A stretch of DNA of 64,000 nt from Candidatus Obscuribacteraceae bacterium (GTDB lineage Bacteria > Cyanobacteriota > Vampirovibrionia > Obscuribacterales > Obscuribacteraceae). Within the stretch, counting starts at the first letter, position 1; each line of letters opens with the position of its first letter. The DNA lies in the NCBI GenBank assembly GCA_044226015.1, contig JBGAHS010000008.1:288001-352000 (forward strand), written 5' to 3'. The translations under genes and the position numbers were made by a program. Shown piece by piece: positions 58,828-64,000 of the stretch. The notes under the pieces are model-generated. The model did not search any database. It worked only from the letters and a program-made list of their open reading frames with translations, and was not told where the DNA came from.

Positions 58828-61800
58828 ATGAGAACATCAAAGAAAGACCGATTTATTACAATACGCTCGGAAGGTGGGCTGTTGCCACTCGACTTCCTGG
58901 AGAGAGTGGCTTTACTTGATCAAGAAATCAGCGGTTTGACACCGGCAGACTATCACTTGTTGGAACATGAAAAGATCAACGAGTCTATAAATAGAGCTTG
59001 GGACAGACTGCTTGGTTGCTGGGTTTCCTTCAAATCAGCTACAAAGAATGCAAACGAGGATGATCCACTAATTCGAGAAACGCGGGAGCGCTGGCTGCTT
59101 CCCCTTTTTGATGCACTGGGTTATGGAAGACTTACACCATGCAAATCGATTGAACTTGATGGGAGAAACTTCCAAATCAGTCACATGTGGCAAAAAATGC
59201 CACTGCATCTCGTGGGAGCTGGGGTAGAGCTTGATCGCAGAACAGCAGGTGTCGCGGGCGCGGCAAGATCTGCTCCACACGGAATGGTGCAGGATTTCCT
59301 TAATCACTCGGATGAGCACTTGTGGGCGTTTGTTTCAAACGGCAGGAAACTCAGGATACTGCGCGACAATGTGAGTCTTACTCGGCAAGCATTCGTCGAA
59401 TTTGATCTCGAAGGAATGATGGACGGTGAACAATTCTCTGATTTCCGCGTCCTGTACTTACTTTGCCACCAGTCACGAGTTGAACAAGAGAAGAGTCAGG
59501 ATTTCTGGTTGGAGAGATGGACAGCAGCTGCTCAGCTAAGCGGAGTCAGAGTTAGGGAAGAGCTTGGAAGAGGTGTTGAAGAAGCAATCTCAGCTCTCGG
59601 GACGGGACTCTTGCAACATCCCGCCAATTCTGAATTGCGTAGTAAGCTGAAGTCAGGAAATTTATCTGCACAAGACTTCTATAGGCAGATTCTCAGAACT
59701 GTTTATCGTTTACTTTTCCTCTTCGTTGCCGAAGATCGCGGTGCTCTGCTGAGGCGTGAATCTTCAATCGAAGCACGCAAGACATATACCGATTATTACT
59801 CTACCCAACGTATTCGTGAAATGGCAGGCTCGCGAAAGGGGAGCCATCATCATGACCTTTGGCAGCTACAGAGGCTAGTATTCGAAAGCCTCGGACAAGA
59901 ATCTGGATGTCCTGAGCTTGCCCTACCAGCATTAGGTAGCTTCCTCTGGTCTCGTGACTCCGTCAAGGAAATTGCTGCGTGCGAACTTAGCAACAGAAAT
60001 TTTCTAAGCGCAGTTTTTGCTCTAGCTTTTACAGAGGAAGGCAAAGCAAAGCGAGCCGTCGATTTCAAGAATCTCAAAACAGAAGAACTAGGAAGTGTTT
60101 ATGAAGCACTGCTTGAAATGCATCCTCACGTGGATCTCGAAAACAACAGGTTCGGCCTTTTCGGCGAAAGTGGAAGTGAGCGGAAAAAGACGGGAAGCTA
60201 TTACACGCCTGCGAGTCTCGTGTCCTGTTTGATTGATTCAGCAATGAATCCGATTATTGAAAGGATTTCCAAAAAGACAAACGCAAAAGACTTACTACTT
60301 GCTGTGAAAATCTGCGATCCCTCTTGCGGCAGTGGGCACTTCCTGCTTGCTGCAGCTAACCGTCTAGCAAGAGCTCTTGCCGCAGCCAGATCTGAGGACG
60401 TTGAACCGTCTCCAGAGGCTTATAGAATTGCGCTCCGAGATGTCATATCAAACTGTATCTATGGCGTTGACCTCAACGAAATGTCTGTAGAGCTTTGCAA
60501 AGTAAATCTTTGGCTTGAATCTGTTGATGCAGAGCGGCCGCTTTCGTTTCTCGACAATAAAATCAAATGCGGAAACAGCCTGCTTGGGACGACACCGGCG
60601 CTCATAGCTGAGGGAATTCCCGACGACGCTTTTGAACCAATCGAAGGAGATGACAAAACATTCGCCAGGCAGGTGAAAAAGGCAAACAAGGAGCAATCCC
60701 AGGGGCAGTTGCACATTTCCGCGCTAGACCGAAAGAACGAGTACGCAGTTCTATCTAACGAAAGGTCAAAGATTGGCGCTCTTGCAGAAAACTCTTTGCA
60801 AAGCGTTCATCTAAAAGAAGAAAACTATGCTGGGCTAATTGATAGTGAGCAGTACAAGAAAGAGAAATTCTTGTGCGATGCCTGGTGTTCAGCATTTGTC
60901 TGGCCACTAAGACCGGGCGGTCCACAACCTATAACTCGTGCAATGTTTTCATTGGCGGCTTCGGATCGTAGCAGGCTGGCACCAGCAATAGTCAATGAGG
61001 TTGCCACTCTGGCTGCTCGGTATCGTTTTTTTCATTGGCACTTGGAGTTTCCCGAAGTATTTTTTGCACAGAATAGTGTTCCAGAATCAAATTCTCGGCA
61101 TGGCTGGACAGGAGGATTTGATGTTGTTTTAGGCAATCCTCCTTGGGAACGTATTAAGTTGCAGGAAGAGGAATGGTTTGCAGCGCGCGTGCCTGAAATT
61201 GCACAGGCAAGGACGGCAGCTATCCGCGGAAAAATGATCAAAGAGCTTCAGCATAGCGATGAGGAATTGTTCAACGAATTCATTAGAGATAGAAGGCAAG
61301 CTGAGGGCGAAAGCCATTTCGTGAGAAAAAGTGGTCGCTTTCCTTTGTGCGGACGAGGTGACATCAATACATATTCGATCTTTGCAGAGACTATGCGCGA
61401 TCTTATGTCACCAGTCGGTTACGCTGGCTTTATTGTGCCCTCCGGCATAGCCACTGACGATACTACTAAACTGTTTTTCCGCAGTTTGGTTGAAAGTAAA
61501 TCCTTAAGAAGTCTTTTCGATTTCGAAAATAGAAAGGCAATTTTTTCAGGCGTACACAGGAGCTATAAATTTTCTTTAGTAACACTCGCTGGTTTAGAAG
61601 CTGCAAAACCGGATGCCCAAACCGACTTCGTTTTCTTTGCATTAGGCACCGAAGACTTGGCCGACGAGGACAAACACTTCAAATTGTCGGCTGCTGACAT
61701 AGCCCTACTCAATCCGAATACCGGGACCTGCCCGATTTTTCGTAGCAAGACTGATGCTGAGTTGACGAAAAAACTCTATCGACGAGTTCCGGTATTTGTA

Positions 61801-62766
61801 AGGGAAGTACCGCAGGAGGAAAATACTTGGGACGTAAAGTTTCTAACCATGTTTCACATGGCTAATGATTCCGAGCTTTTTAACACGAAACAGACACTGT
61901 TGGCGAAAGGCTTCTCTCCAATTGGGAATTGCTTTCAGAAAGTGGAATCAGGATCTACGGTCAAATACTTGCCTCTTTACGAGGCCAAGATGGTTCACCA
62001 GTTTGACACAAAATGGGCTACGTACAAGTTTCACGATTCCTCTGCGGAGCCCGAAATCCAGGATGTATCAGAGGAGCAAAAATTAGACCCTCGTTTCGTG
62101 GTTTTTCCACGTTACTGGATTTCCGAAAGCGAAGTACAAGCTCGATTGAAAGGCAAAACGGTGCAAAATTGGCTCTTAGGTTGGCGTGATATCTGCAGAA
62201 ACACTGACGAACGAACTGTAATTGCGGCGCTATTGCCCGTTGTAGCCGTAGGCCATAAAATGCCGTTGATGATCTCCGACATATCAATCGAGTTAGCGGC
62301 TTGCTTATTGGCAAACTTGAATGCATTTGTCCTCGACTATTGTGCGCGACAAAAACACGGGAGTACTTCTCTGATTTACGCAACGGTAAGGCAATTGCCT
62401 ATTCTGCCAAGAGCGACATATTCGGACCGGGCTCCATGGCAGCAGAATATTTCTCTAGAAGCATGGATCTCACAGCGAGCACTTAGACTTGCCGGAATCG
62501 AAATTAATGCGGACAATGGAGAATCAGTGACTTGCGATCTGGAGGCCAGGCGGAAGCTAAGATCGGAATTGGACGCGGCGTTTATGATTTTATATGGATT
62601 GACACGATCGGAAATTGAATACTTGCTTGATACCTTCATCATCGTAAACAATCACGATTTGCGCCGATGGAATCGTCATAAAACCAAGGAAGACATTCTC
62701 ATGGCTTTTGATGCACTAATAGAAGCCAGCAATCGCGGAGCGATGAGTAAAGTTTCGGCGAGTTAG
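58828..62766 (+). CDS. N6-adenine DNA methyltransferase (Eco57I-like / DrmMI-like)
   Basis: GSYYTP, DPSCGSGHFL (motif I), GNPPW (motif IV). Confidence 0.92.
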   Translation: MRTSKKDRFITIRSEGGLLPLDFLERVALLDQEISGLTPADYHLLEHEKINESINRAWDRLLGCWVSFKSATKNANEDDPLIRETRERWLLPLFDALGYGRLTPCKSIELDGRNFQISHMWQKMPLHLVGAGVELDRRTAGVAGAARSAPHGMVQDFLNHSDEHLWAFVSNGRKLRILRDNVSLTRQAFVEFDLEGMMDGEQFSDFRVLYLLCHQSRVEQEKSQDFWLERWTAAAQLSGVRVREELGRGVEEAISALGTGLLQHPANSELRSKLKSGNLSAQDFYRQILRTVYRLLFLFVAEDRGALLRRESSIEARKTYTDYYSTQRIREMAGSRKGSHHHDLWQLQRLVFESLGQESGCPELALPALGSFLWSRDSVKEIAACELSNRNFLSAVFALAFTEEGKAKRAVDFKNLKTEELGSVYEALLEMHPHVDLENNRFGLFGESGSERKKTGSYYTPASLVSCLIDSAMNPIIERISKKTNAKDLLLAVKICDPSCGSGHFLLAAANRLARALAAARSEDVEPSPEAYRIALRDVISNCIYGVDLNEMSVELCKVNLWLESVDAERPLSFLDNKIKCGNSLLGTTPALIAEGIPDDAFEPIEGDDKTFARQVKKANKEQSQGQLHISALDRKNEYAVLSNERSKIGALAENSLQSVHLKEENYAGLIDSEQYKKEKFLCDAWCSAFVWPLRPGGPQPITRAMFSLAASDRSRLAPAIVNEVATLAARYRFFHWHLEFPEVFFAQNSVPESNSRHGWTGGFDVVLGNPPWERIKLQEEEWFAARVPEIAQARTAAIRGKMIKELQHSDEELFNEFIRDRRQAEGESHFVRKSGRFPLCGRGDINTYSIFAETMRDLMSPVGYAGFIVPSGIATDDTTKLFFRSLVESKSLRSLFDFENRKAIFSGVHRSYKFSLVTLAGLEAAKPDAQTDFVFFALGTEDLADEDKHFKLSAADIALLNPNTGTCPIFRSKTDAELTKKLYRRVPVFVREVPQEENTWDVKFLTMFHMANDSELFNTKQTLLAKGFSPIGNCFQKVESGSTVKYLPLYEAKMVHQFDTKWATYKFHDSSAEPEIQDVSEEQKLDPRFVVFPRYWISESEVQARLKGKTVQNWLLGWRDICRNTDERTVIAALLPVVAVGHKMPLMISDISIELAACLLANLNAFVLDYCARQKHGSTSLIYATVRQLPILPRATYSDRAPWQQNISLEAWISQRALRLAGIEINADNGESVTCDLEARRKLRSELDAAFMILYGLTRSEIEYLLDTFIIVNNHDLRRWNRHKTKEDILMAFDALIEASNRGAMSKVSAS

Positions 62767-62802
62767 GTTCTTAGAATCAGTCGATTGCTATTCAAAGAAG
62801 CA

Positions 62803-63201
62803 TCAACCAGTTGCTAATTGCCAGTCTTCCTTTGAGATCTTTACTATCCCATTTCGGAAAAACACAGACCAGTAGGCCAGGTTAGTAACGAAGGTCAATT
62901 GATCAATAATCGATAGAAGATCCTTTTCTGTGGTCAATGCGCTGGATTGAAAATCAAATCGGTCCGGAAAAACACCTGCTTTTAAGAAGAGTTTTGTATC
63001 GTCAAAATAGTAATTGCTTGTTGCTGCACCTGACGCAATGATTTTCCAATCTCCTTTGCCAGCACAGCACAAAACCCTATCTCCCTTTCGAACATTCCCC
63101 ATGATGTGCTTACGCTGAAGTCCGAATGTACCTACATTGATACAATGCTGAAGATCTGCACGGGGTAAGCAAATTAACCAGTAGTTCATTGGAATACTCA
63201 T
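62803..63201 (-). CDS. EVE-domain protein
   Basis: MNYWLI...VRKGDRVL...FPDRF...ISKEDW; start uncertain (63201 or 63189). Confidence 0.75.
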   Translation of the reverse strand: MSIPMNYWLICLPRADLQHCINVGTFGLQRKHIMGNVRKGDRVLCCAGKGDWKIIASGAATSNYYFDDTKLFLKAGVFPDRFDFQSSALTTEKDLLSIIDQLTFVTNLAYWSVFFRNGIVKISKEDWQLATG

Positions 63202-63346
63202 GGGACCCGCTGACAACAAACAAACATCTGCTGCATTCTTGTATTCTGCCAGGCAAAAGTCCACACTTCAACAGCTTTGACAACAAACAATGCTTGGACG
63301 TTTCCAATAGCAATCTGCGCTGGCAGCGATCATTCAGCAAGTGAAT

Positions 63347-63952
63347 CTAAAATGGCCATATAGGTGGTTGTTTAAGCAGGGCATTCCTGATATTTTCACG
63401 AACGGTTCGGTCGTTAAATAGCGCTCTAATCGCAGTTTGTAAATCAGCTATTAGATCTTCTGCCACAAAGTAAGCCGCATCCGTGACATGGGGTCTTAAC
63501 TCGAAGTTGGTTAGGTGGTCTTGAATCTGATCGGCTCTGTGAATCAAAGTGATGGAGCGTTTTCGCCCTCCGTTTTTTCGCTCGGTCTCACTTGGTACCA
63601 GTGAGTAGGCGTGAACAAGCCCGCAGCGCAGAATGTAATACATTTGCTCTGGTAGGTCTTTTTTAGTATTAGATTTTGCGATGCTTCCCGCAGCAGTTTT
63701 ATATCGCCTTCGGTGATTTCGTCGATATTCGAAATCACGATAGTCAGCAGGAAAGTACTTTCGAATAAACGCAATGTATTGCCATTTGTCCGTATGTCCC
63801 CCATTTTGCAGTCTAGCGCAATAATCAATCATCGCTGCTGCACCGACAAATGCCCATGGGGTGCCTTGCAAGTTAAGCAAGTAGCCCGCTTCATTTATCA
63901 TGTATTGCTTTGCGACGTTTAGTCGCTGAACAGGAATGCGTGTCGAGGACAT
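63347..63952 (-). CDS. Hypothetical protein with HEPN-like RxxxxH motif
   Basis: YYILRCGLVHAYS in a helical protein. Confidence 0.65.
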   Translation of the reverse strand: MSSTRIPVQRLNVAKQYMINEAGYLLNLQGTPWAFVGAAAMIDYCARLQNGGHTDKWQYIAFIRKYFPADYRDFEYRRNHRRRYKTAAGSIAKSNTKKDLPEQMYYILRCGLVHAYSLVPSETERKNGGRKRSITLIHRADQIQDHLTNFELRPHVTDAAYFVAEDLIADLQTAIRALFNDRTVRENIRNALLKQPPIWPF

Positions 63953-64000
63953 TGAAAGGAACCTCCAAGCACAAAAGGATTCGATGACTGAGTCAGCACA

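Larger units (their letters stand above)
32647..64000. mobile_element. Decaying integrative (ICE/IME-like) defence island; boundaries approximate
   Basis: Integrase, serine recombinase, VirD4 remnant, CopG and dense defence cargo. Confidence 0.5.

Overview
Bacterial accessory region in two parts. The left part (1 to ~27 kb) holds: a 5'-complete, glycine-rich beta-helical adhesin-like gene running off the window start (missed by the ORF track); TPR and secreted proteins; a small esterase/carbonic anhydrase/GNAT operon; two short tandem-repeat tracts; a truncated GyrB-like ATPase and an internally deleted paralog of it; a zinc-ribbon repeat protein; an AbiE toxin-antitoxin with a frameshifted toxin; and a tandem array of three paralogous small proteins behind a toxin-like remnant. 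The right part (~27.5 to 64 kb) is a defence island on a decaying integrative element. Mobility traces are a tyrosine integrase, a serine recombinase, and VirD4 and Mrr fragments. Defence cargo includes McrBC/DUF2357 with a three-reader McrB, a TIGR04255 four-gene operon ending in a RelE-like/gamma-glutamylcyclotransferase fusion, two tandem TIR paralogs beside a PD-(D/E)XK nuclease, a DISARM-like DEAD-DUF1998/UvrD/SNF2/N6-MTase operon, and an EVE + HEPN-like pair. The best candidates for an undescribed system are the nuclease-TIR-TIR-TIGR04255 cluster (34.3-40.1 kb) and the multi-reader McrB. No tRNA, rRNA or CRISPR array was seen. All domain calls come from motif recognition by eye, not database searches.
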